NCBI GenBank assembly: GCA_026396995.1
Contig: JAPLVS010000079.1
Coordinates: 1 to 53,817, forward strand
Direction: 5' to 3'
Source of the DNA: Candidatus Iainarchaeum sp.
Lineage (GTDB): Archaea; Iainarchaeota; Iainarchaeia; Iainarchaeales; DTGL01
DNA: 53,817 bases
This document shows positions 42,955 to 52,618 of this stretch, piece after piece. A program made the position numbers and the translations under genes. The stretch's first letter is position 1. Each line of letters starts with the position of its first letter. The notes beneath the pieces were generated by a model. The model was not told the DNA's origin. It saw only the letters and a list, made by a program, of their open reading frames with translations, and did no database searches.

Positions 42955-45900
42955 TTACTCTTTTTCTTCGGCTGCAGGCGAAATGAATGTGTTGGTAAGA
43001 TCCGGAATGAAAACATTCCAGCCCAGGTCCATCACCGCAAGCGTTCCGCTCGAATCCTTTTTGCCCTTGTTGACGCACACTTCGCTGCTTTCTATCCTGT
43101 CAATATAATCCTGTATTGCGGCAACCCTTCCTTTCGGGTCAGTGAGCGAAACAGCGCCGCCGCTTGACGTTGTTGTCTTCGAGGTTGACGATGCCTCGCC
43201 TTCAAATGGCTTTGCGGTTATTATTGTGGGCTGTTTTGCGCACAATAATTCCAGCCTGAAATTGCTTGAATTGGCAGGCAGGAACACAACCGAGTTCCAG
43301 GGCGAAACATTGCTGAACATTACCTTGCCTGCGCGCACCTTTTCAGCCCAGCCCTCACAGAAAGAATCGCCTTCGAATTCCTGGAAGGAATCTGACCTGC
43401 CTTCTATCCCGAGCTGCCACCATACCAGCAGTTCCTGCATTTTCCCGATGTCAGAATAATCGCTCGGGGACATCCTATAGTATATTGTGTTGTTCTTGCC
43501 TTCATCCCATTCCGCGGAGACCGCAGCCGGATACGAGGGCGTGTAATTGAATGTGCCTTTCTTGAGGTTTATGGAAAGGACTGCGCCTGACCTTGTCTTG
43601 TCATATTTGTCGGAGTAAGACGGAGTAAGGGTTACTGTTCCAGGCATCCTGTTGACCGCGGCGAACCATTTGCCCTGCGATTCGTTCGATAAGAATATCT
43701 TGTCTGTAATGTCGGCATTGAAGCCCACGCCGTAATCGGCTGAAGTGCTTTCCTGCCCGACCTCGCCGTCGAATGGCAGGTAGAAGAACGGGTTGAAATC
43801 GTAATACGCCTTTTCTGTTTCGCTGAGCTGCTTCAGCGAGGCATTCAGCGCCATTTTTGCCACTATCTGTTCGAGCACAATCGAATAGTTGTCAGAGGAA
43901 AAGTCGATTGAAACAACCGGTTCCGCCCTGTAATAGTATTCGCCTGTGTCAGGGAGGGCAGGCATCATTTCGTTAACGCCCTCAAAGCCTTTCTCCTCGC
44001 TGTACGAATCGTACAATTCGAACTTTATCTGGTCTGCGCTGAAAGCCGTGTCCTTGTAGAATGCAGTGAAGTCGTTAACGAAAGTTTCAGAATAATTGTC
44101 CTTGATGAGCCTTGCTGCCGAAATCTCCGTGCCGGCCAGTTTTTCAAGGTCCTCGTCTATGGCATTCGCCGCATTCTCCCTTATGAAGTTTTCCCTGCTT
44201 TCGCTCAATCCTTTTTTGTTCCTTATGCCGATGCTGAATTCGACAGAATCATTAATTTTCTTGAGGAATTCAACCCATGCCGCCTGTGGCGCAGGAATCG
44301 TGGCCTCCCCTATCTGCACCTGGAGGGTTGGGTTTGCTTCCCCTGTTCCCTGGGCTGCGCGCCATGCGCTGATAAGGTCTGTGTGCATCTTGTTGTATTC
44401 CTCGAAAGACACGATATAGGAATCGCTGCCGAGATACGAATCGCCTGAGGATTCCTCGAGTTCGAAGATGCTTCCCCTGAGCTGGTTCCAGATTTCGTTC
44501 GCTCCGGCGCCCGAGCTTTCCATGGCGCTGTCAATGCTTTTCGGCAGTATCGCAATGACCCCTGCCGAATCTATGTCTTTCCCGTAGCAGCTGCCGAGCG
44601 CAACAGAGAACATTGAGGGCGTATTTGAAATGGACCCGCTCCGATCATATTCGTTTGTGGTGGAAAGGTCGCTTATCCATTTTGTGAGTTCGCTGATAAG
44701 CGATTTCTTGGTGCATTTCACCGCGCTTGCCATCAGTTCCGGTTCGAGCACGTATGTGCCGCCCTCGTTTTCAGTGAGGAACAGCAGGTAATCCTTGCCT
44801 GAAACATTGTCGTGCACTTTCAATTGTTTCTTGTACAGCCTGTAGAGTTTTCCCGGAGTGCTGTTTATTTCATTCACAAGGCCGTCATCCTGCCCTATTG
44901 TTGCCGCAATCTCCCTTAACTGCGGGTCATCCTGCAATTGTATTGAGAGCTTGTCTGCCATTTCCCTTATTTCGTTGAATTTCCTGCTCAGTGCGAGCGA
45001 GAACTGCGTGGCATCGCAGAAAATGTAATCCGTGTTTGCGGTGGTTGTGCCTTCAAGCAGCGGGTCGCATGCGTCCGCCGCAAGTTCCCCTGCGCGCCAG
45101 TTGAATTTCAGCCTGTCAAAGCCGAGTTCCTTGAATGTGGCGGCGCCTGTCTCCTGGCTTGTGCAAGCGGTATTTGAAGCCCAGTCAGGCACAGGCCTTT
45201 TTTCCTGCAGTTCGTTTTCGCAGCCGTCAGCGTATGCCTGCATTCCGCGGTTCAATACAGTGAGCTGGACAGGCATTGTGACCTCTGTTGCCTCGGTATT
45301 ATAGAACGCCCTTTTCACTGTAAGCGTAATGGATGTGTCGATTACCGCGCATTTTGTGGCCATTTCGCCCCTGTCCACTGTCATTACGACATGGTGGCCG
45401 CCGTTCGTGATATTGAATGAAAGTTTCACCCCGCTTTCGCCGTCCTCGAACAAAGCCGGCTTTACTGCCTGTATTTTGTCAGTTGAGCCGCAGTACTGGT
45501 TTTCTGCAGCCTCGTCGTTGGAAAGCGCGTAAGGCATGACCATTTCCCTTTTAGGGACTTTTTCTTTCCATGCAAACCTGTTTTCAGTGAAATGCTGGTC
45601 CTTGATTTCCTTCCATTCGTCGCCCCAGCTCGGGAGCACGAAATAATTCTTGTTGAAAATGCATTCGTCCGGCATTTTGTCTGCGTCACCGCTGTTCATG
45701 AGCATGCCAGCAACGCCGACCCATGCGAACGGGTCCTCGAATGTGACTTCCCTCGGAATGTATTTCTGCTGGCCGTTAGGGTCAGTCATCGGAATGCTTA
45801 TTATTCCCGGCGAAATAACAGAATTCACGAGTTTCGAAAACACCACCCTTATCTGGCCGAGTCTCTGTTCAAGCGGCCCCTCGAGCGGAATCGACATTTG

Positions 45901-48900
45901 CTCTGTTATGTCCGGGTTATATTTCAGGCCGAATTCCAGCACTTCGATGTTTTCGTTTTCGTTTAATTTCTGCACGACCGGAGTGCCGCTCCAGACGCCG
46001 GCTATAAGAGGGCATGTTCCTTTGTTGTCTGTGCCTCCGCTTTCCGGAGTGTAGCAGTGGAACCTGTCGGCTGTAAGCGAACTCAGCCTGTAGCCCAAGT
46101 CAACGCACTTGTTTATTATCCTGCCTGCGCTCTTCTGCCAGCCGATGAATGTGGCCGTGAAATAAATCGGCTCGACTGTCGGCTTGCATTTCTCGTCTAT
46201 TTCCTCGTACCTTAAAACCTTGACCTTGACTGTGCCGATTTCCTTGTAGAAAGAGGACTCGCTTTCCAGTTTCGCCCTTACCTTTACATCGAACCTGCCT
46301 ATTTTCGAGGTCGCGGTAACAACAGCTTCGGCTGATTCCCCTGGCTCTATCTCCAGGGACGGTTCCTCTATGTCAAGGCCTGCCCTCACTGATAAATCAA
46401 CCTGCACTGTTTCCTTGCAGGAATTTTCAAGCTTGAACGTGCCCTGTTCGGCTTCACTGTCCTCTGACTGCCAGGAATAGGTCTGTGAGCTCCAGGGCGA
46501 ATAGCCGTAAGTGCTTCCCCAAAATGACTGGTAGTTAGTGCTCGGGTAAGTGTACTGGCTCTGGCTTGTGCTGGTGGTTTCAGCATACGGGTCTGTGCCG
46601 AAATAATCCTGGACTGTGCCCCAGCCCTGGTTGTAAGGCTGCGTCCTCAGCTCTATTTCCTCGCCTTCAGTCACAATCGTCAGGCATTCGGCAAGCCTGT
46701 TCACCAGAAGCGAAACAGCCATCTTCGCCTTTATTTTTTCTGTCCCTTTCTCTGAAACATGCTTTGCCCTGAACGTGATTTCAGGCGCGGATTCTGCGCT
46801 CTTTGTTTCGGATGATGGCGTGAACGTAAGCGTTATCGTGCCCTCAAAGCCGGCCGGAATTGTGTCAGTGATTTTTGTGAAAGCCTCTCCGAGCACAATG
46901 TCGGTTTTTTCCTCTTCGCTGAAAGAATCGCTTGAAAGCCTGAATTCGCCTGCCGGGCTTTCGTCCGCCCAGGAAACCGATGCCTCAAGGTCTTTCAATG
47001 CAACATCCTTGCTGTTTGCAGTGCAGTCGTTCTTTATGTCAATGGAAATCTTTTTGGCAGTTCCATAAGTGCTGAACGTCCATTCGCTTGGGTCTATTGA
47101 AAGGCAGTCCTTGGCGTCTGTTTCCCCGCCAAGCAATATCCTGAACGCAATGCCGAGGTCCGAGACCCATTTCCTTGCGAATTCCGTGTTTTCCACTTCT
47201 ATTGAGAGCTGGCTGTCAAGGCTCACCTGCTTTTCGGTGTTGATGCCCTGCTGGGTCAATTCCACTTCAAGTGTAACCGCATGCGCTTCCGCGCCTGCCG
47301 CCAGTTCCATCCCGACAATCTCTTCAGGCGATTTAATTCTTATGTACTTGGCTAATTCTGCCGAAAGCGAAATCGAAGAAACCTTCAATGGGATGGCGGT
47401 GCTGTTTACAATCGCAAACTTTAGTGTCCCGCTCTGCCCCGAATCAGCCATCATGTCAAGCGTGACTTTCGACGGGAGGAGCGAAAGGATTTTGTCGTCG
47501 ATCAATATTTCCCTGTCCGCGGGCTTGTAGCCAGGCTTTCTCACTGAAACCTTGAGCTTGGAGCCTGCCTTCGGCGCCTCTATTTCCAGGGCGAACGCGC
47601 CCTCGGAATCCGTGATTCCGGAACCGATTTGGACGCCGTCGAGAAGCACTGAAATTGTTGCGTCCGGTAGCCCTATCAATTCTGTCTTGGTTCCAGTCCC
47701 CCCCTCTTCTTCCTCGGAGGCTTCAGTTGTCGTTTCCTCGTAAACCCAGAACACCACCTGGTTGTCGAGCATCGGGACGATTTCATTGGGAGCCATTCCG
47801 ATACTCATTTTCTTCCCGGGCGTGACTTCCACCGCGATTGCCTGCTGCATTTCAGCGGCCTTGTCTGATTCGATTGAAATCGCAAGGTTGCTTACCCCGC
47901 TTTTCACTGTATCGAATTCAACCCAGCCTGAAACAGTCTTGTATTGGTCGAAGGTGCCGATGTCAGCAGAGAATTCAAAATCGTTCGCCTTTCCTTCCTT
48001 TGTGCCGCCCAATGCGTCCTTGATGCTGTAATCCCTGAACTTTAGGCCTTTTTCCTTGTTTGAAATCTTTATTTTCGCGTTTTTGGTCGAGCCTGCGGCC
48101 TGCCTGTTTATTGTAAAGTATAATTTATACGAAGAGGACATGTTTGCGCTTGCCTTGTCGAAAACCGAAACCTTTGAATTGTCCGAAAGGTCCTCTATTG
48201 AAACAATCCTGCAATAGCCTTCGATGCAAAGGTTGACTTCGCCGACAGAATAAACCACGTCGTAGGTTGCCGCATACAGGCCCTGTTTTCCTGCAGCGCT
48301 CGCAGAGCTTCCAAGGACGCTGTCAAGCGGGTCCCTGTCAAAAGAGCCTTTTGCGCCCCAGCCCCTGTAAGAAATTTTGGCCATGTCGCCTTCTGTTGCC
48401 ATCGCGTCGATTGCAACTTCGGCTGTGGCGTTGAAAACCCCGAATGCAGGCATTCCTTTCTGCCCAAGCGTCCACTCGATGTTCGCCCATTTCGCTGGCT
48501 CGCCGGCGCCTGCCGCATGCGCAATGTCGGTGCCTGAACCGCTTGGAGGCGAATAACTCAGGGCCCTCACAGTGCTTCCTGCCGCGCTTTCAATTGTTCC
48601 AATTGCAACAATGTCGTCGCCTACATTATTCTCCTGCCCTTCGTCGTCCTTGCCTGCCCTTACATGGATGCCTGCGGTTGCATATCCCTTGTTCGGCACA
48701 ATAACCCGCAATTTTGCAGTGTAAACCTGCCCGCTTTCAGCGGAATCCTGCACTGCCGCATCTTCTTTGAATAAGCCGTCGAATTTCACTTCAAGTTTCT
48801 GTGTTTCCTCAAGCATTACCGCTTCAATGTTTGTTGTCACGCCGTTAACCGGACTGAAGAGCCCTGTTACAAAAGGCATGTATCCAGGCAATTCAACCAC

Positions 48901-50616
48901 AAAGAAAGGCCTTTGGATTGTCATAATGCTCATTTTTGCAGTGCCGTCGCTGTCTGAAGTTGCAGTGCCTATCGTTGTGCTGTCCACAATGTTCACCGCC
49001 CTGATTGTTGCGCCAGGCATAGGCTGCCCTGAGGCGTTCATTACAGTGAAAGCGAAACTGCCTTTCGCGATTTTAAGCAGTATTTCCTTTTTTTCAGGCG
49101 CAGCCTGGCCTTCCAGGATCTTGAAGCTCGTGCTGTTCCCTGAAATCCTTTCTGCAAGGCTTGCCTTTACATAGTATTCGCCGGCAGGCACTGAAGGAAA
49201 GTCTTTCTCACCGTTGGCGCCTGTGAAGCCCTCGATGTTTGCTGTCTGGTCGATAAATTCGCCTGTCGCATAAAACAATTCGATTTTCACGCCTTCAAGC
49301 GGCGCCTTGGAGGTCGAATCTTCCCTCACTGTGACAATCAATGCGCTCGGGGCCTGCTCTTCAGCCGGGTCGTAATAGAATTCATAGGCTGTTTCCTTCG
49401 GCTGCACTGTCTGCGGCGAGCTCCCTGAAAGGCTTACAGCATCCAGGCCTTTTTTTGCGTAAAGGTTGTATGACTTGTTTTCAGGCACTTTTATCTGGCA
49501 TGCGCCGTCCTTGCCTGTAGTGCACGGCGACCCCGCGCTCTTGTTCGGCGAAGCCTTTTCCTTCAGTTCAAGGGTGATGCCTTCCAGTTTTTTGCTTTTG
49601 TTGTCTTTTTCGAAAACAACGAATTTGATTGTGAAAGATAATGTGTCCTCGACCTGCAGTGTGAAGGTCACCTTCTTTGATGCCGCGACAGTTTTTTCCT
49701 CTTCGGAGGCAATTTCCTTGTAATTGCTGTGGCAGTTAACGCTTGCAGTGTAAGTTCCTGGCACGACATTTTCGAATTTTGCAGACCCGCTTGATTCGAC
49801 CTGTATCGGGCCGATGTCTTCCCCGCCCTCGGCCGCTTCAAGCGAAGCATCGCATCTTTTCGAAGAATCGATGGCTGTGCCGTCAGCCTTTTCAACAAAC
49901 ACGGTTGCGGTGCCGTACTCGATTTTTTCAGTTACTTTTATCTCGATGTTCCCTGACTCGCTGCTTACAACTTCGCTGAAAGAGTCGACCTCGAAATCGC
50001 TGACATCCTCTACATCCGCAACAGTGACATCGAATTTGCCGCAGTTGCTTGGGATTTCGTCAAGAGGGTATTCCCCGCTTGTTGTCTGGAGGCTGGACTT
50101 GCTGTATCCAGTATTGCCCTCACAGGAAGCGCTGAAAGTCACTTTTTTTGTGAGCAGGCTGTTGTCGCTGCCCACAAACCTCACTGTTTTCGAGAAAGAT
50201 GTTATTGCAGGCTCGATTGCAAGCGAAATCGACCTTGAGGTTGTTTCGGCAATCACTGCTGTTGTATCCTTGCTGACCTCGCCATAAGTGGCGGTTATTT
50301 TCACGGATTTCCCGATGGTTATTGTGAATTCGGCTTCGCCCTTGGCATTCGTGGTTTTTTCTTCGATTTTCTGGCCGTTCTCTGTGACCAGCACTGTCGC
50401 CCCGTTAATCGGCTTTTTGTCACTATCTGTGACGGTCACTGTAAGGGTGCCGTCGCCTGCCGGAATAATAAAGCCGAACAGGCCCGGGGCAATCAAGTAA
50501 ATTGCGCCCACAATCAGGAGAATTACCAGGAGGAAAAACAAAGGCAACGGAATGCCTTTTTCCTCAAGCCAGTCAGAAAAAGCAACCCATTTTTCTTTCA
50601 GCGCATCCAAGGCCAT
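42955..50616 (-). CDS. giant membrane-anchored surface protein, paralog 3 (2553 aa)
   Basis: Uninterrupted 7.7-kb ORF, ATG start with GGAGTGGTG upstream. TM helix 'LPLFFLLVILLIVGAIYLIAPGLFGFII'. Repeated units include 'DGTLTVTVTDSDKKPINGATVLVTENGQKIEEKTTNAKGEAEFTI'. FCDATQFSLAL is at 44988-45024 and FFYLPFDG at 43765-43791. Confidence 0.9.
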   Translation of the reverse strand: MALDALKEKWVAFSDWLEEKGIPLPLFFLLVILLIVGAIYLIAPGLFGFIIPAGDGTLTVTVTDSDKKPINGATVLVTENGQKIEEKTTNAKGEAEFTITIGKSVKITATYGEVSKDTTAVIAETTSRSISLAIEPAITSFSKTVRFVGSDNSLLTKKVTFSASCEGNTGYSKSSLQTTSGEYPLDEIPSNCGKFDVTVADVEDVSDFEVDSFSEVVSSESGNIEIKVTEKIEYGTATVFVEKADGTAIDSSKRCDASLEAAEGGEDIGPIQVESSGSAKFENVVPGTYTASVNCHSNYKEIASEEEKTVAASKKVTFTLQVEDTLSFTIKFVVFEKDNKSKKLEGITLELKEKASPNKSAGSPCTTGKDGACQIKVPENKSYNLYAKKGLDAVSLSGSSPQTVQPKETAYEFYYDPAEEQAPSALIVTVREDSTSKAPLEGVKIELFYATGEFIDQTANIEGFTGANGEKDFPSVPAGEYYVKASLAERISGNSTSFKILEGQAAPEKKEILLKIAKGSFAFTVMNASGQPMPGATIRAVNIVDSTTIGTATSDSDGTAKMSIMTIQRPFFVVELPGYMPFVTGLFSPVNGVTTNIEAVMLEETQKLEVKFDGLFKEDAAVQDSAESGQVYTAKLRVIVPNKGYATAGIHVRAGKDDEGQENNVGDDIVAIGTIESAAGSTVRALSYSPPSGSGTDIAHAAGAGEPAKWANIEWTLGQKGMPAFGVFNATAEVAIDAMATEGDMAKISYRGWGAKGSFDRDPLDSVLGSSASAAGKQGLYAATYDVVYSVGEVNLCIEGYCRIVSIEDLSDNSKVSVFDKASANMSSSYKLYFTINRQAAGSTKNAKIKISNKEKGLKFRDYSIKDALGGTKEGKANDFEFSADIGTFDQYKTVSGWVEFDTVKSGVSNLAISIESDKAAEMQQAIAVEVTPGKKMSIGMAPNEIVPMLDNQVVFWVYEETTTEASEEEEGGTGTKTELIGLPDATISVLLDGVQIGSGITDSEGAFALEIEAPKAGSKLKVSVRKPGYKPADREILIDDKILSLLPSKVTLDMMADSGQSGTLKFAIVNSTAIPLKVSSISLSAELAKYIRIKSPEEIVGMELAAGAEAHAVTLEVELTQQGINTEKQVSLDSQLSIEVENTEFARKWVSDLGIAFRILLGGETDAKDCLSIDPSEWTFSTYGTAKKISIDIKNDCTANSKDVALKDLEASVSWADESPAGEFRLSSDSFSEEEKTDIVLGEAFTKITDTIPAGFEGTITLTFTPSSETKSAESAPEITFRAKHVSEKGTEKIKAKMAVSLLVNRLAECLTIVTEGEEIELRTQPYNQGWGTVQDYFGTDPYAETTSTSQSQYTYPSTNYQSFWGSTYGYSPWSSQTYSWQSEDSEAEQGTFKLENSCKETVQVDLSVRAGLDIEEPSLEIEPGESAEAVVTATSKIGRFDVKVRAKLESESSFYKEIGTVKVKVLRYEEIDEKCKPTVEPIYFTATFIGWQKSAGRIINKCVDLGYRLSSLTADRFHCYTPESGGTDNKGTCPLIAGVWSGTPVVQKLNENENIEVLEFGLKYNPDITEQMSIPLEGPLEQRLGQIRVVFSKLVNSVISPGIISIPMTDPNGQQKYIPREVTFEDPFAWVGVAGMLMNSGDADKMPDECIFNKNYFVLPSWGDEWKEIKDQHFTENRFAWKEKVPKREMVMPYALSNDEAAENQYCGSTDKIQAVKPALFEDGESGVKLSFNITNGGHHVVMTVDRGEMATKCAVIDTSITLTVKRAFYNTEATEVTMPVQLTVLNRGMQAYADGCENELQEKRPVPDWASNTACTSQETGAATFKELGFDRLKFNWRAGELAADACDPLLEGTTTANTDYIFCDATQFSLALSRKFNEIREMADKLSIQLQDDPQLREIAATIGQDDGLVNEINSTPGKLYRLYKKQLKVHDNVSGKDYLLFLTENEGGTYVLEPELMASAVKCTKKSLISELTKWISDLSTTNEYDRSGSISNTPSMFSVALGSCYGKDIDSAGVIAILPKSIDSAMESSGAGANEIWNQLRGSIFELEESSGDSYLGSDSYIVSFEEYNKMHTDLISAWRAAQGTGEANPTLQVQIGEATIPAPQAAWVEFLKKINDSVEFSIGIRNKKGLSESRENFIRENAANAIDEDLEKLAGTEISAARLIKDNYSETFVNDFTAFYKDTAFSADQIKFELYDSYSEEKGFEGVNEMMPALPDTGEYYYRAEPVVSIDFSSDNYSIVLEQIVAKMALNASLKQLSETEKAYYDFNPFFYLPFDGEVGQESTSADYGVGFNADITDKIFLSNESQGKWFAAVNRMPGTVTLTPSYSDKYDKTRSGAVLSINLKKGTFNYTPSYPAAVSAEWDEGKNNTIYYRMSPSDYSDIGKMQELLVWWQLGIEGRSDSFQEFEGDSFCEGWAEKVRAGKVMFSNVSPWNSVVFLPANSSNFRLELLCAKQPTIITAKPFEGEASSTSKTTTSSGGAVSLTDPKGRVAAIQDYIDRIESSEVCVNKGKKDSSGTLAVMDLGWNVFIPDLTNTFISPAAEEKE

Positions 50617-50884
50617 CGCACCACTCCATTAACTTTATTCATTAACCCAAATTAATTTATCCTATTTTCATTATTTATTCCTTTTGTTTGCCTTCCAGGC
50701 GGTGTTTTCCGCCTTTTGGCATTTCAGGCTTTTTTTTGTTTTTTTATTCCTTTTGCCTGCCTTGAAAAAGGCAGTTGGCGGGAACGCTTTTATTATTGTT
50801 CTCTTATTATAAGGAATTCCTATTTATAATATTTTCCCATGCCTTCCAGGCAGGCAGGCGCCTGCTTTCAGTGCCGGATTCCTG

Positions 50885-52552
50885 TCAGGCCAGCTTTGAA
50901 GGATAACAGCCGTCCACTGTGTTAGGCACATAGCACACCCAGCCTTTCTCGTTGCATGCTTTTTCATCGAATTCCGGAAAGCTGAATGCGCAGTCTGAAC
51001 CAGTGTCGCCAAGGCTTATTTTTGCATTGAAGGGAGTGTAATTGTAGTCGGCTGTGCTTATTTTTATCCAGACATCCCTGTCCTTCATGACCTTGTAGTT
51101 CATGTCTTTTTCCATATAAGTCACCATCAGTTTCACTACAGTGACCTGCGTGCATTTGGCCTTGTCAGGCGCTGAAGCGGCAAAGCACGATGCAGGCCCG
51201 AAATCATTTATTTTTATTTCACCGCCTTCGCGGAACATTCCTGTGCGCTGGTTTTCCTGCAGTTCATACTGGTAAGGGCAGAGCGCTCCGGGCCCATCAG
51301 GATTGTTCGGCTCCTCTTCTGAAAATGTGCCTCTGAGGCCTGAAGCGTCGATATCCGCATTGCCTGCCTCTATCCCTTTTGATTCATGGGATTTCGCTTC
51401 AATGCCCCCTTTTTCGTCCACTGTGACATAGCACGGCTTGCCCTGGAATGTTTCTGTTGCTATCGCGAAATCGTTTTTGTATTGCGGCCCCTCGTATTTG
51501 CCGAGCAGTTCGGTTGAAAGCTCGCAGAGCCTTTGCTTCAGGAGCGCTTTTATTTCGTCTTCGGTGCCTTTGTCGTTTCCTGCCTCGTATGAGAAATTTG
51601 TGCCCCTGAAAGTGCCGTCCACTGAAAGATAGTCGCTGCTTGAAGTGATAAAGCCAGGGCAGGACTGCGAGTCAATGTATGTCCTGTCAGGCGGGAAATA
51701 CGGGTTCTGCCTAGGATAGCAATAACCGTAATCGCAGAAGCCCAGCGCCATAGAATCTATTTCGTTTTGTATCCTCGGCGAATAATAGCCGAAATCGCTC
51801 GCGGTGTTTATCCCTGAGCCGAGCTCTGAATGCATGAAGCTCCTTGCGAGCGTGAGCGCCTTGAAAATCCTTGTGGGAATGTATACCTTCAGGTCGTTTT
51901 TAGGAATTATGGGATCGCTGCCTGTGGAGTTGCCGCGCGTGTCTTTCACTGTTATCAACGGCATCTGCTCGTACAGGCTTTGGTCAAGCTTGGAAAATTT
52001 AAGGTTGAGATAAAAGCTGCCGTTAGGGCAGGTTTCAGGCGTGCCTTTGCAGTCTATTATCTGGAAAAAATCATTGTCCTCATAGCTTTTGGCCAGCACT
52101 TCCTTGAGTATTGCCTTGAATTTTACCTGGTCGAATTGGACATCAAGTTCATAGCCGGCATAACCTTCTGGTTTGGATTGGGCAATCATGCTCGGAAGGT
52201 TGCGCGCAAGATAGTCTGCGAAAACCTCTGCGTTCTTGAACTTGGCGTCTGCGAACTCGTCGACCACGCTCTGCCAGTCAGCCCACTTGTGGTAATCTGC
52301 GATTTCGAAAACATTTCCGGGCTCGCTTAGCCATAATTCCATCTGCTCCCTTGTCGCATAATTGAAGGTCTGGAACGCATCCGCCCTTATGAGCCTTGAC
52401 ATCGATTCAAGCCTGCTCTGGCTCAAAACTTTTGCAATGATTGTTTTTGCGTTGCTTTCGCTTTGCACCATGCTGGATACAAGGATGGATGTCAGCACAA
52501 TCAGTATGAGCGCAAGCAGTGCAGTGAACAGGTTGAAAGCGCGCTCATTCAA
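50885..52552 (-). CDS. secreted or surface protein with type-IV-pilin-like (class III signal) N-terminus (hypothetical)
   Basis: TTG start with GGTG 7 nt upstream. The N-terminus is 'MNERA/FNLFTALLALILIVLTSILVSS': a short charged segment ending in R-A, then an uninterrupted hydrophobic helix. The remainder is a soluble domain with many Cys. Confidence 0.6.
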   Translation of the reverse strand: MNERAFNLFTALLALILIVLTSILVSSMVQSESNAKTIIAKVLSQSRLESMSRLIRADAFQTFNYATREQMELWLSEPGNVFEIADYHKWADWQSVVDEFADAKFKNAEVFADYLARNLPSMIAQSKPEGYAGYELDVQFDQVKFKAILKEVLAKSYEDNDFFQIIDCKGTPETCPNGSFYLNLKFSKLDQSLYEQMPLITVKDTRGNSTGSDPIIPKNDLKVYIPTRIFKALTLARSFMHSELGSGINTASDFGYYSPRIQNEIDSMALGFCDYGYCYPRQNPYFPPDRTYIDSQSCPGFITSSSDYLSVDGTFRGTNFSYEAGNDKGTEDEIKALLKQRLCELSTELLGKYEGPQYKNDFAIATETFQGKPCYVTVDEKGGIEAKSHESKGIEAGNADIDASGLRGTFSEEEPNNPDGPGALCPYQYELQENQRTGMFREGGEIKINDFGPASCFAASAPDKAKCTQVTVVKLMVTYMEKDMNYKVMKDRDVWIKISTADYNYTPFNAKISLGDTGSDCAFSFPEFDEKACNEKGWVCYVPNTVDGCYPSKLA

Positions 52553-52618
52553 AATTCACACCGCCTTGCCTTCATTTACAAACCGCTTCCTGTTCCTTCA
52601 ATTGCGTTTTTTTTCCTG

